The notes under the pieces were generated by a model. It had not been told where the DNA came from and made no database searches. It worked only from the letters and a program-made list of their open reading frames with translations. Positions 13,289 through 24,066 of a stretch of DNA of 28,379 nucleotides are shown here, one piece after another (positions within the stretch are counted from its first letter, which is position 1; each line of letters opens with the position of its first letter). The position numbers and the translations under genes were made by a program. This DNA is from Dimargaris cristalligena. Its lineage: Eukaryota. The DNA is taken from NCBI GenBank assembly GCA_003614675.1, contig ML002212.1, positions 62,001 through 90,379 of the forward strand, read 5' to 3'.

Positions 13289-14836
13289 TTAAGCCAGGAA
13301 GTAGGCCAACACAGTAGCCAAAACCGATACTTTGAAGAATGTGATCAATTTACCCCAGCTAAAACGGCGGGGAATCGATGAGGACAGCAGGTAGGTGATG
13401 ATGGACTCCTTCCACCTGTTCTGAGACCCTTCAAACGGCGGGTAACGGACTTTCCAGGCGGAATCGGGCGGAAAGCGGAGAGGATTGGTGGCCACGGAAC
13501 GTACGTGAGAGAATGTATTGAATGTGTATATAGAGTTGTAGCAGCCCATACCGGAGGCCCCGACTCCACCGAACGGCAGGCTGATTGCCTCGATTTGCAT
13601 CGCAATATCGTTGACGCATACGCTGCCCGATTTCGTATGGCCGATGATACGATCGGACTGGGCCCGGTTGTTGGTGAATACGTACAGGGACAGCGGATGG
13701 GGCCGCTTGTTGATGTAGGCGATCATATCATCGGTAGTTTCGGCCCGCACAATAGGCAGCAGGGGTCCAAAGATCTCTTCCTGCATCAGGGGAGAGTCTT
13801 CGGGAACGTCGGTCATGACCATGAGGGGAACGAACCTTTCGTTATCGTTCCATTCGCTACGATCCCCAATGACCGTGTGGCTGTCCTTGGCGGTGGCGAC
13901 CAATTCCGACAGGCGCTGGTAACCCCGGGGGTTGATGATTCGGCAGTAGGACTCCGACCGGCGGAGCCCATTGGGGTAGAACTCCGTCAGAACCTGTTTC
14001 ATCGTCGCAATAAGTTTAGTTTCCATGGCGGCGCTACACAGTATATAGTCCGGGGCCACACAAGTCTGGCCGGCGTTGAGCATTTTGCCCCACACAATGC
14101 GCCGGGCAACCACTAGCGGATCAACATCGTCCAGCACCACCGTGGGACTCTTGCCCCCCAATTCCAAAGTGACGGGCGTTAGAAACTCCGCGGCCGCCCG
14201 GAGAACGATTTGGCCGACCCGCCCGGAGCCCGTGAATAAGATGTGGTCGAATTGGTGGGTCAGTAAACTGGTGGTCTGGGCCGCCCCCCCGAGGACCACC
14301 TGGCATACCGCCGGATCCAGGTACCGGGCCACCAGGCGTTGGACTAGCGCGGCCGTATGGACCGCCAGTTCCGAGGGTTTCAAAATCACCGTATTACCGG
14401 CGGCCAGGGCCCCCGCGAGGGGTTTCAACAAAAGCCGTACAGGGTAGTTCCAGGGGCCGACGAGCAGCACCATGCCCAGCGGGGTGCTTCGGGTTTCCAA
14501 GGTCATGGTGGTGTAGAGGAGTTCCTTGGCGGGATACTTGGGTTTGCACCAGCTGTCGAGCTGGGCCAAAGCCGTGCTGATTTCCCGCTGCACAGGCCGG
14601 AGCTCGCACATTTCGCTTTCGTGGGTGCATTTGTTCAAGTCGGCCGAGAGGGCAGCTTGCCATTCGGCCCGGTGATTGTCAATCATGTGAAAAAGGGCCT
14701 CGAGCTGCTCCCGCCGTTTGGCCAGGGACTGCCGGAACAGTTGGGACTCGGTGTGACGACGGAGTTCGGCAGTCAAGTCCTGGATTTCCGCGGCGGTGTG
14801 GAACACCAATTCGGGAGGGGTCACTACTTCAGACAT
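13289..14836 (-). CDS. Aldehyde dehydrogenase family 3 (fatty aldehyde dehydrogenase, HFD1/ALDH3A2-like), 515 aa, single exon
   Basis: GPWNYP, ILKPSE, FTGSGRVG, catalytic Glu in LELGGKSP, catalytic Cys in AGQTCVAPDY, EEIFGP, PFGGVGASGMG, and a hydrophobic C-terminal tail anchor (LITFFKVSVLATVLAYFLA). Confidence 0.96.
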   Translation of the reverse strand: MSEVVTPPELVFHTAAEIQDLTAELRRHTESQLFRQSLAKRREQLEALFHMIDNHRAEWQAALSADLNKCTHESEMCELRPVQREISTALAQLDSWCKPKYPAKELLYTTMTLETRSTPLGMVLLVGPWNYPVRLLLKPLAGALAAGNTVILKPSELAVHTAALVQRLVARYLDPAVCQVVLGGAAQTTSLLTHQFDHILFTGSGRVGQIVLRAAAEFLTPVTLELGGKSPTVVLDDVDPLVVARRIVWGKMLNAGQTCVAPDYILCSAAMETKLIATMKQVLTEFYPNGLRRSESYCRIINPRGYQRLSELVATAKDSHTVIGDRSEWNDNERFVPLMVMTDVPEDSPLMQEEIFGPLLPIVRAETTDDMIAYINKRPHPLSLYVFTNNRAQSDRIIGHTKSGSVCVNDIAMQIEAISLPFGGVGASGMGCYNSIYTFNTFSHVRSVATNPLRFPPDSAWKVRYPPFEGSQNRWKESIITYLLSSSIPRRFSWGKLITFFKVSVLATVLAYFLA

Positions 14837-15009
14837 GGTGGGAATGGACTGGCGTGCCGAAGAGAGGGGGTACAGTAGCTATACACGCTGATAAAGAAAC
14901 AATGGGGGTATTGAGATTGCTAGAGGGATAATAAGAGGGACTAGGGGAGGTGGGAAGAAAGAAGTAAGCATGTCGGATGGGTGAGAACAGGCGGGAGTCC
15001 AATGAGCGC

Positions 15010-15016
15010 TTTTATA
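15010..15016 (-). promoter_or_regulatory. Putative TATA box of the ALDH gene
   Basis: TATAAAA on the minus strand ~175 nt upstream of the ATG, followed by a CT-rich leader. Confidence 0.45.
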
Positions 15017-15873
15017 CGGAGGCCGGCGGCAGCGTGCTCATAGGGGTGGGCTGGAACAGGGAAGGCACTCCCTAATTCATCACTGGCGTACTGGGCAGGG
15101 GTCCGGGGCATGTGTATAAACAGCTATTATAAGCAACGGGGCCTTTCCCTGTTGGCTTAATCCAGTAATCCGGTGACTTGACTGCCGCATCTCGGTATAT
15201 GACCACCACTGGATCTATTCAAGACCGCAGATTACGTCTATATCGACCCAATTCCCAGCAGGGGGCCCTAATATCAGCCATGCACTCCCTATGCGACGGT
15301 CGGCAAGCCATCAAGGGAGATTTCCGGTTGGACCGAATTCAAGAAATACGGCCCAAAATAACGGCTATTCTTGTGACCTGTTAACAAGCCGGGTTTACAT
15401 TGGAACCCCCTCTCGCTTTTTATGGCATGTGCACTTCTTAGTCGAGCGGACTTTCATGGTGCGGCTGTGTAAATCAAGATCCTACCACATAACCCTTCAT
15501 AATTATTGGTAGCCTCAAACTATCGCCTCCTTTTCCAAGGCGTACAAGGTCAGCCATCACCATATTCCCACCTGATATCTAAGAATGGTCCCAGTCTGGT
15601 TTATCAATAGTATTTATTAGAAATCAGTTTGATTAATCGGTAATAGCAAGTGGGCGATTCGCTTAATAAGGCATTAGTCCAGATCACAATCACTGGAACC
15701 GGGTAATAAATCATACGGAATAGGTGTATAGGCGGGAAAGTACAGCAGTAAAAGTAACTCTATTTTTGACATGGTGGTATAAAAGCTATGGCAAGGATGC
15801 GGTGGATGTGAAGAGGTATGGGGAAAGGCGGGGGATGGCGTGAGGATATCCCGCACTTCCTGGCATTAAAGGT

Positions 15874-16101
15874 CTACCAGAAAGACCCGAACGATAGGAA
15901 AATGGCGGAGTTGGTACCCATAGTGCCGCCGTAGAGACCAGCGACCTGTTTGGAGGTGATTCCAACGGGAAGAATACTATTAGTCTTGGTCGATTTGGAG
16001 GTCTTGGCTTTCGAGGACCGGTTTCCAGTGGGCCGGGCTTCGGCAAACCCAACTGTCACGGCAACAACGGCGACCAGACTAATGAGACGAACGGAAACCA
16101 T
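15874..16101 (-). CDS. Small secreted orphan peptide (75 aa; signal peptide, cationic segment, hydrophobic Gly-rich tail)
   Basis: ATG in good context (ACTATGG), classic signal peptide MVSVRLISLVAVVAVTVGFAEA|RP, GC-richer than its flanks, CT-rich leader, and an upstream TATA. No family recognised. Confidence 0.7.
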   Translation of the reverse strand: MVSVRLISLVAVVAVTVGFAEARPTGNRSSKAKTSKSTKTNSILPVGITSKQVAGLYGGTMGTNSAIFLSFGSFW

Positions 16102-16399
16102 AGTGATAGAAATAGCCGCGGCGACAATGGAAGAAGTGATGGCAGTGATGGCTCAGGTTAATAGGACCCACCAGTGGAAAGGGTACGCAAATCACGGGTA
16201 CGAAAGGGCGGTTGAAGCTGTATCTAGGTAAAATTAGCGGAAATGCGGCTCGTATTAACTAGGAATAGTAGATGGGTAGTAGTAGCGAGGGATGGCTAAT
16301 AAATTGGGTGATGCAATAATATTAAAAAAATGACTGATATGCTCTATAAGTGGTAAGTTGAAATGTAAATGGCACGTATGCCACAGGCGAGACCCCCCC

Positions 16400-16411
16400 T
16401 TATATATATAT
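16400..16411 (-). promoter_or_regulatory. Putative TATA element of the secreted-peptide gene
   Basis: TATATATATAA on the minus strand ~300 nt upstream of the ATG at 16101, with no ATG seen in between. Confidence 0.5.
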
Positions 16412-17142
16412 CGCAAAGCCCAGCCTGTTTACATAACGATTAGCTTACACGATTACCCTGCGAGCGATGGCTTCGATGCTCCGAGCGGTAGATTGCCGTC
16501 CCCTCACCTATGCCCATACCCTTACTCATACCCTCCCCCGTCTTCAGCTGTCATTGCAACTACAATGGTTTCGGCTGTCGAAAAAAGCAGACCATCTGGT
16601 TGGCTATAACATTAAATATCATTACCATGTAAATCAATATACATATGCACAGATACACATGTCCACGCTGGATAGGTCTGGTGTTAATAGCATCTGCGCT
16701 TCGGGCGTTCCTGTATCATGGATCATCGATCAGCCAGCCAATAACCCTTAATCGGCGAGGGTCTTGAAAGCGGGCTGACGGAAAACCCTATACCCCCACT
16801 AGAAATCCCCCAAAAAACATCGACCCTCTCCGCCTATTGGATAGTACCCCGATTGGATTTTGAACACCTCCCTCTAAATATGATTGGAACAATGGTGTAA
16901 CTCAGATTGACCTGGCAGGGGTGGTGTTTGCCTAAGGTAGAGTTTAAGAAGGGGAATGGGCCCACTGCCGCTATTAGATGCATGCAAAAATAGTGTATAT
17001 GGGTGAAATTCAAACCAGCTGTATAAGGTTTTACACAATACGTGTATGGGCGAATATATGTGAGAATAACTTTTAACCAGTAATATTGGCCTCATCCAAT
17101 GGATTTTTCATTATACAGCCTGAAGGAACTTCTCCCATATTG

Positions 17143-17157
17143 ATATATATATATATA
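17143..17157. repeat. (AT)n microsatellite
   Basis: ATATATATATATATA read directly. Confidence 0.8.
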
Positions 17158-19099
17158 ACTGGAATATTGGCCCAGTGTTGGACAGGTTGCTGTGCATTCA
17201 ACACACTATCATTAGACCACCCCCCGTTTTTTTTTATTCGACAGCGACAAAATATGTAACCTCAGAGTGGATAAACCCAATTGGGCGATCGTTCTCGGTA
17301 AGGGGGACTTCATCGTGCATCGTGAATAAGATTAGAAACCCTCGAAGTGTATCCAATCGATCACACAGAAGCGGCGCACTTGGGCCTCCAATAATCGGAA
17401 TACACCTCTATACATGCCTTATATTGGCCCATCAATTAGCTTATTATAGCCCCACGAATGGGTGTGGTCAGGCAACCTGTTGGATTTACGCCTGCGCTTC
17501 CGTTTAGTAAGGTTCGTCGCCCATTGGCAATCCGTCTGCCCCATGACTAGAATAGGTATATGGACCATGCCAATGAGTGAGTGACGTGAAAGTCGCAGGG
17601 TTTGCGGAGATCCCAACTGAGAGGGGTTGGTCACTTTTAGCGTACCTATGGCTAATTCGTCAAGTAAAGTGATGCGGTTGCTCGAAAATCCATTCCAAAT
17701 TACCCCTCCCCTCCACCATGTTTCCCCTTGTTCAAAGGCCTAATAAATAAATACACAGGTCAGACCAACAATCGAGTTTATAACAATATCATTAGACGCT
17801 AACCGCTCGCTTCTTCTGTATTAGGCAAGGGAGATTTCCAATACCTAGGTTGGCATAGTTTGGATGACATGTTTCTATTTATGAATAACTAAACGCTAGC
17901 AAGTAAATCTTTGGACTCAGCCATGCAGAACCAGGGTGCTATGCCGCCAGTCTGCTGAGGATTTCAATTCCATTTTTAAGCCCTGAACTGGCACGGTTGA
18001 TCTCCAGGGGCAGGTTTCTATCTGGAACGGCAATCGTATATTAGATTATCTATCAAATACTCGCCATGCCCTATATATTTCTAGCCCGGCACCTTTGGCC
18101 TGTCGTTTGGTGGGTTCACTTAATATCGGTTGGCGATCTGAACTCCGGGATATACCGCTGACAGACATCGCCTCACGTGAATCTACCATAGAAAAGTGCT
18201 TCTAAAGGCCCTGTCAACAAATCATCGATATGTGGATTTTGACCCTTCAATAGCAGCCACGTCCCCATATTTTATCCAATTAGACTAAGTACAAGTCCAC
18301 TAGCTTCAAGGACGTAGAAGTGCATAACGAGAGGCAAATATGATGTAGCTGTTGTAAACAACTGATCCATCTCTCCTATTGTGCTCAAATCCGGGGCCAA
18401 TCGACCCATACGCAATATATGATTTTACTTTGAGTAGTATTTTTTTCATCAGTAGTCAATCCAATAAAACTAATCGCAATCCCAATACCCATTAGAATTA
18501 CTTCAGGAAGACCTCACGTCTACCATCGACTTTCCTTATTGTAACAAATCTGGCATGCGATAGCAGTGTTAGGTTTAATAGTAGCAGAGAACACTGATGA
18601 ACTAAGGCACATAGTATGGAATAGAAGGGGTACATAATAATATAGACCACAAGTTAGGTCAAGTCAACGGATTGTAAATAGTTAAACATCATTATTTTTG
18701 TTGCGAGGGGGAGGAGGCCGCGTATTTGGGACGGCATTGTAGTATACAAAGGTGATTATTGGTGAGCGGTAAATCGTGTAATTATCTGGTAAATAAAAAC
18801 GGCGATTCTCAACGAAAAAAATATATGATGGTCTAGGGGAAAATGACCACATGCGGAAATCCGTGGATGGTGGGGATGGAAACACGAAAATAAGATTGGC
18901 CGAATAGCAGTCTAATACACGGGTGAACAGTGAAAAGATGGGATGAACAAGTGGGAATGAGTACGAAGGTAGTCTAATATCGATACCGACAGAGTAGAAA
19001 CGCCTGGAGATAGTAGGCACCAGGGGGTGAATGCTACCGCAACGCAACGCTAGGATATAAATAATGGCACATGGATGTGACTAATCGAGGGTGGCGCGC

Positions 19100-22000
19100 T
19101 TAATGATTCTCGTCTCGACTAGTGGGAATGTAGATGTCATCTTTGATCGGTGAAGCCTGGGCCTTGATCATCTCGTTATTCACAGCGACCGAAGTTAGAG
19201 TGAAGGCAGGGATCATAACAGCCGCAGAAGTAAGGCCAGCGGCGGACTTGCCCCGCCGGAAAGAGAAACTGCCGCGGGAGGACCGGCTGGGGGACGAGTC
19301 TCCAGTGGGAGGAGCTAGTCCGTGATTCACAGCGGGCTCGGGCAGCACTAACACAGGCACTTCCCCACCTGTGGATGGGCTCATCACAGGCCCGGGCGAA
19401 CCCATGGGGGTAAGGGCGATGGCCGACTTAGTAACCTTTTCGGATTGGAAGGAGGATTTACCTGCCAGAGAGGTATGGCTTCGGCCACTGAACATGGGGT
19501 GATTTTGAATCTGAGTGTACACCGAGTCAACGGGGCTCTTCCATGTCAAGTCGCGGGGATGGTGGTAATTATCGGTAATGCTCGAGGGCAACCAGCCAAG
19601 CCACTGGTCGGGGATCAGCTTGATTAGCACACCTATGGGCAACGAGAAGAGGCCAATGATGACCGCTGTAAGCCATAGATACCATTCCTGATGGGTAGTC
19701 TTGAAGGCCACATCACCGAATTCCACGATAATGACTTGGAGGAACGCAATTACAATGAAAATGATCAGAAAGTACCAGTTCTTATGGATGCGGTGGAACA
19801 CGTTGAGCTGGGTATCAAGGACTCGCGCGTTAATTTCGTTGAAGATTTGCATCCATACGAAGGTATTGAAAATCAGGGTGCGGTGAACCAGGCGTTCTTC
19901 GGGCATGGCCAGGTCGAGATCAAAGATCTGGTCGCCTATATAATACAGGACCAAACATATCGTGATTTGGAACAGGGATTGGCCAATGATAATCTTCCAC
20001 ATGGACAAATTAACCAGGGCTCCGCCAAACTTGTCGGGCGGACGCTGCAGGAGAGCGGTCGTGGGCTGATCGGTGGCCAGGGCTAGGGCGGCTAGAGTGT
20101 CCATAATTAAGTTCACCCACAGCAGCTGAACAGCGGTAAGCACTGAGGCTTGGTTGGAGTCCGACACGGCAGTGACAAAGGCGAGTAGTACAGCGGTGAT
20201 GTTAACTGTCAATTGGAACTGGAGAAACTTTTTGACCGAGTCGTTAACACTGCGCCCCCACATGGTGGCTTTAACAATGGAAGCAAAATTATCGTCCATC
20301 AAAATGATCGACGAGGCTTCTTTGGCAACCTCCGTCCCGGTGATACCCATGCTGAATCCGATATCAGCTGATTTGAGGGCGGGGCCGTCGTTAGTTCCGT
20401 CACCGGTTACCGCCACCACCTCCTTGGCCTTTTGCAGCCAGTTCACCAGGGTTTTCTTATCCTCGGGACTGCTCCGGGCCAGGACCTGCAGGCGAGGCGC
20501 GATGAACTCCATCTCTTCATCGGATAGCTTACGGAACTGGGGCCCTTCCATGATAATACCACCCGAGCCGGGCTCGTAAATGCCACATTGAATCGCAATG
20601 GACCGGGCGGTGAGAACGTTATCGCCGGTCACCATGCGGACCATGACACCGGCCTGGCGGCACATGGCCACGCTCTCGGTAACGCCAGGGCGCAGAGGAT
20701 CCTCAATACCAAACAGGCCCAGCCAGGTGAGCTGATCCACCAGGGCATCATCCTGGTCCGCTGTAAATAGAGCCTCGTCGTAGTCGGTGAATTCACGATA
20801 AGCCACCCCGATAGTGCGCAGGGATTTGTTGGAGTATTCAGAAATGGTGTTAACGATCTCTTGCGACCAGTGGGAACTCATGGGGATCGTCGGAATATCG
20901 GTACGGCTGGCCGGGAAGATGAAACTGCGATCAGAGCCAGATGGGGTGACAGAATTGGCGCGGGAGGGGCTATTGGGCGTGGAAGGGCGGATCGAACTTC
21001 CCACCTGAAGGAGCTCCTCGGACCCAGCACGGTTCATTGTGTTACCACCGATTACGGGGGTCGGGATGGTCAGGGTGAGACCGGTGGGACTGGGGGACAG
21101 AAACTGGGGGGAGCGGGACGCGGGGGGCGAATATGAAGAAGGGAGAGGGGCGGAGCCATCGGAGCCATCATCACCCGCAGACCACGGGGGCGGTGGGGTA
21201 GCTCCCCCCAGCCGGAAGATGGGGTCATCGGGCTCGGGAGGACTCACCGTAAGGAAGGGGGTAGTAGAGTGGTCATCACCATTATCGGGGAAACCGGGAG
21301 TCGGGGCACGAAGCGACCAGGCCGCGGGAGGCTGGGGACTCCGGGAGAAGGAAGCAGTTGGGGAGGGTGGGACAGATCCAAAATCAGACTGGGAGGGGGT
21401 ATGCAGCGGGTGGCCACTGTGGTTGCCTGAATAACTGCGATGGCAGTCCAGGGGCACAGGAGCGTGCAGCAAGTGGCTGCATTTGGTCAGGACCAGTTCA
21501 GGAGCCCCTTTGACGTAAAGGCGGTAATAGGTGTCCTGACTGCCGGAAGTGTCATTCTTGCGGACATACTTGACCAATACGGTCATGCGCTTCTTGTTGC
21601 TGTCAAAAGACCAAATCTTAATGGTTTCCACGGAATCACGGATGGACTGGATGCTGGACGAGCCGGAGTCACGGGCCCATTGGAGGAGGGCCTTTTCAGT
21701 GGGCGGGCCTTTGAAAGGCTCGGGGGGTGCTGTAATTACCATTGGATCGGTAGATTTGTCCTTGGATCCTCCTTTCAAGAGCTTCGTAAAACGACCCCAT
21801 AGCAAGGGAGAGGATGAAGCATCGTGGCCAGGGACCGGCTGGGCCATCAGGGGAGTCGATTCGTGGAGTTTGTCTTCGACTTCCAATTCCGACTGTGTGT
21901 TCTCGAAGGCGGTGGAATTGAGGGAAAGGGCCTCATGAACCAGAGCCAACACCCGGCCTGGTACCCGCTGCGAGACTTCACTGATGGACATCACCCCTAC

Positions 22001-23890
22001 CCCGTGGCGGGAGGTCTGACTGGAACAGTCGTCGGAGCTCATGGAGAGCCGGCCGTCTACACTGGGAGACGCAGGGGGAGGTAGGTAGTGGGAGGGAGGG
22101 GCGTCATTATCGCTACCGCCATCAACCGGCCAGCCACTAATGGCATCGGAAGGGGATGGGAAGTCATCCAACTGGTCTGCTTCGGTAATTACAATCTTGA
22201 CGTCGGGGACGGCTAGAGAATGTGAGGCTCCTTCATAAACAGAGGAGGGAGGGGCCCCGGAGGTACCATGCAATGCAGGGTCCGAACGATCGTGGTGAGC
22301 CTGTTGCATCCAGTCGCGCACACGGTGGTGGGCCCGTTTCTTGGACCCACGTTCGCCCTTGCGATGCTTACTGTTGGCTGACTTTGGGTTCTTCTTCTTC
22401 TTGCCGATACTAGCCAGATCCAAACCAACCGTGGTCCGCGTGCTGGTAAACCGGTAGGAATCACCCAGGGTTCCGGCTATGACGGTCATTTTGTTTTCGG
22501 TCAAGGTACCCGTTTTGTCAGAGCAAATAGTGGTGGCGTTGCCCATGGTCTCACAGGACGCCAGGACACGTACCAGGCAGTTATCGTAGACCATACGAGT
22601 AGTAGCGAAGGCCAGGGCCAAAGTCACCGCTAGAGGAAGTCCTTCGGGCACCGCCACAACCACAATAGTGACCGTGGTAATCACGATGCGCACAATCGCG
22701 TTAACAATGGTCGTAGCGCTGCCCCGGCTCTCAGGGTGCTGGGCAAAGTTGACAAAGTACCGGATTAAGAGAGCGATGAGCATCAGAACGGCAGCTAGTA
22801 GGCCGAGTTTGGAGATATGATCAGCCAGACGATTAAGCTTAATCTGCAAGGGTGTGGGTTGGTTTTCGGTGCGCAGACTAAGCAGGGTTCGACCGTAAAA
22901 GCTGTTGGGGCCAACGGCAATCACCAGGCAGGTACCGACCCCCGCAATGACTTTAGACCCCGAAATGAGGAAGGGATCAATTCCATCGAGGTTAGGAGCT
23001 ACGGCCACCTCGCGGGAGGTCGATGGGGCGGACGAAACGTCCAGAGCGGCTTTCCGAATCGGGTCGGACTCGCCGGTTACGGTACTCTCATCGCAGGAAA
23101 TACCGCTCGAGCCGGGAAGAACTAAGGCATCGGCGCACATGATATCGCCGCTTTCGACGGTGAGCACATCCCCAACCTGTACAGCATAGACCGAAATGAA
23201 CATGGTACCGCCGTTTCGCCGTACCTTGACCTGCCGATCCTCCTTTTTGGCATTGAGCTGTTGGAACTGCCGCTCCTTCTGGTAATCATTGATGGACCCG
23301 GCAAAAATAACAATTAATATGGCGACTATAATGGCGAAGCCCTCGACCCAACTGACTTTGGGCTCATCGGGATTCTCATTCGTCACATCCTCGTAGATTC
23401 CCAGCGCCAGCGAGAGGGCAGCGGCAATACATAACACAATGATGATTTTCTCCTGGACGGCTTCCCAGGCCAACCGCCAGAGGGATTTAATTTGCACCTC
23501 GGGCAGGAAATTGGTGCCGTAGTGGGCGATACGTTCCGCAAACTGGCAGTGGATTTGATCTTCGATATCGGCGCGTAGGTGGTTGGATGCCCGGGCAGGT
23601 GAGGGTTTGGAAGGGGAGGCGGCCACGGGGGGCTGGGGGGCGGTGGGAGAGTCGGGGATGGTACTGGTAAGGGTCTGTGGGCTTCCCTGGGCCCAGCGGG
23701 AAATTTCGGGCTGGGTACCGTTGACACTTAGCCCGTATTCGGCGCTGGAGTCGAGGGCCCGAACAAGGCCTGACGCGCCGCCGTAGGATAGTAGGGTACG
23801 AGTGTCCTTACTTTCAACCAGGGCCTCCAACTGGGCGGACCCCAGCTGGAATCGGGGGGAGTGGGGGTCGGGTGGCGAAACCTCGGCCAT
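19100..23890 (-). CDS. PMC1: P2B-type Ca2+-transporting ATPase (PMC1/PMCA family), 1596 aa, single coding exon
   Basis: WVEGFAI, DYQKERQFQQL, DESTVTGESD, VVAVPEGLPLAVTLALAF, CETMGNATTICSDKTGTLT (phospho-Asp ~458), KGAPE, GIEDPLRPGV, MVTGDN, VLARSSPEDK, TGDGTNDGPALK, QLLWVNLIMD, QIFNEINAR. Confidence 0.96.
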   Translation of the reverse strand: MAEVSPPDPHSPRFQLGSAQLEALVESKDTRTLLSYGGASGLVRALDSSAEYGLSVNGTQPEISRWAQGSPQTLTSTIPDSPTAPQPPVAASPSKPSPARASNHLRADIEDQIHCQFAERIAHYGTNFLPEVQIKSLWRLAWEAVQEKIIIVLCIAAALSLALGIYEDVTNENPDEPKVSWVEGFAIIVAILIVIFAGSINDYQKERQFQQLNAKKEDRQVKVRRNGGTMFISVYAVQVGDVLTVESGDIMCADALVLPGSSGISCDESTVTGESDPIRKAALDVSSAPSTSREVAVAPNLDGIDPFLISGSKVIAGVGTCLVIAVGPNSFYGRTLLSLRTENQPTPLQIKLNRLADHISKLGLLAAVLMLIALLIRYFVNFAQHPESRGSATTIVNAIVRIVITTVTIVVVAVPEGLPLAVTLALAFATTRMVYDNCLVRVLASCETMGNATTICSDKTGTLTENKMTVIAGTLGDSYRFTSTRTTVGLDLASIGKKKKNPKSANSKHRKGERGSKKRAHHRVRDWMQQAHHDRSDPALHGTSGAPPSSVYEGASHSLAVPDVKIVITEADQLDDFPSPSDAISGWPVDGGSDNDAPPSHYLPPPASPSVDGRLSMSSDDCSSQTSRHGVGVMSISEVSQRVPGRVLALVHEALSLNSTAFENTQSELEVEDKLHESTPLMAQPVPGHDASSSPLLWGRFTKLLKGGSKDKSTDPMVITAPPEPFKGPPTEKALLQWARDSGSSSIQSIRDSVETIKIWSFDSNKKRMTVLVKYVRKNDTSGSQDTYYRLYVKGAPELVLTKCSHLLHAPVPLDCHRSYSGNHSGHPLHTPSQSDFGSVPPSPTASFSRSPQPPAAWSLRAPTPGFPDNGDDHSTTPFLTVSPPEPDDPIFRLGGATPPPPWSAGDDGSDGSAPLPSSYSPPASRSPQFLSPSPTGLTLTIPTPVIGGNTMNRAGSEELLQVGSSIRPSTPNSPSRANSVTPSGSDRSFIFPASRTDIPTIPMSSHWSQEIVNTISEYSNKSLRTIGVAYREFTDYDEALFTADQDDALVDQLTWLGLFGIEDPLRPGVTESVAMCRQAGVMVRMVTGDNVLTARSIAIQCGIYEPGSGGIIMEGPQFRKLSDEEMEFIAPRLQVLARSSPEDKKTLVNWLQKAKEVVAVTGDGTNDGPALKSADIGFSMGITGTEVAKEASSIILMDDNFASIVKATMWGRSVNDSVKKFLQFQLTVNITAVLLAFVTAVSDSNQASVLTAVQLLWVNLIMDTLAALALATDQPTTALLQRPPDKFGGALVNLSMWKIIIGQSLFQITICLVLYYIGDQIFDLDLAMPEERLVHRTLIFNTFVWMQIFNEINARVLDTQLNVFHRIHKNWYFLIIFIVIAFLQVIIVEFGDVAFKTTHQEWYLWLTAVIIGLFSLPIGVLIKLIPDQWLGWLPSSITDNYHHPRDLTWKSPVDSVYTQIQNHPMFSGRSHTSLAGKSSFQSEKVTKSAIALTPMGSPGPVMSPSTGGEVPVLVLPEPAVNHGLAPPTGDSSPSRSSRGSFSFRRGKSAAGLTSAAVMIPAFTLTSVAVNNEMIKAQASPIKDDIYIPTSRDENH

Positions 23891-24066
23891 GGTAGCGTAC
23901 GGGCTGGACTAAGAAGGAGACGACAGAACGGAGTAAGGAACCAAACGAAGCCGAAGGAAAGTAGTACCGAAATAAAAACAGAAAAAGACAGAGGTAGAGC
24001 AGTGAGCGAAGTACGAAAAGAAGGAGGTTGTTTTATAAACTAGAGGTCGAGGGGTCTTTGGCGATC

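Noticed and set aside
10526..23890. Transporter + ALDH + peptide + ATPase as a biosynthetic gene cluster
   Set aside because: There is no core synthase or peptide-modifying enzyme, and the neighbours are ordinary housekeeping families.
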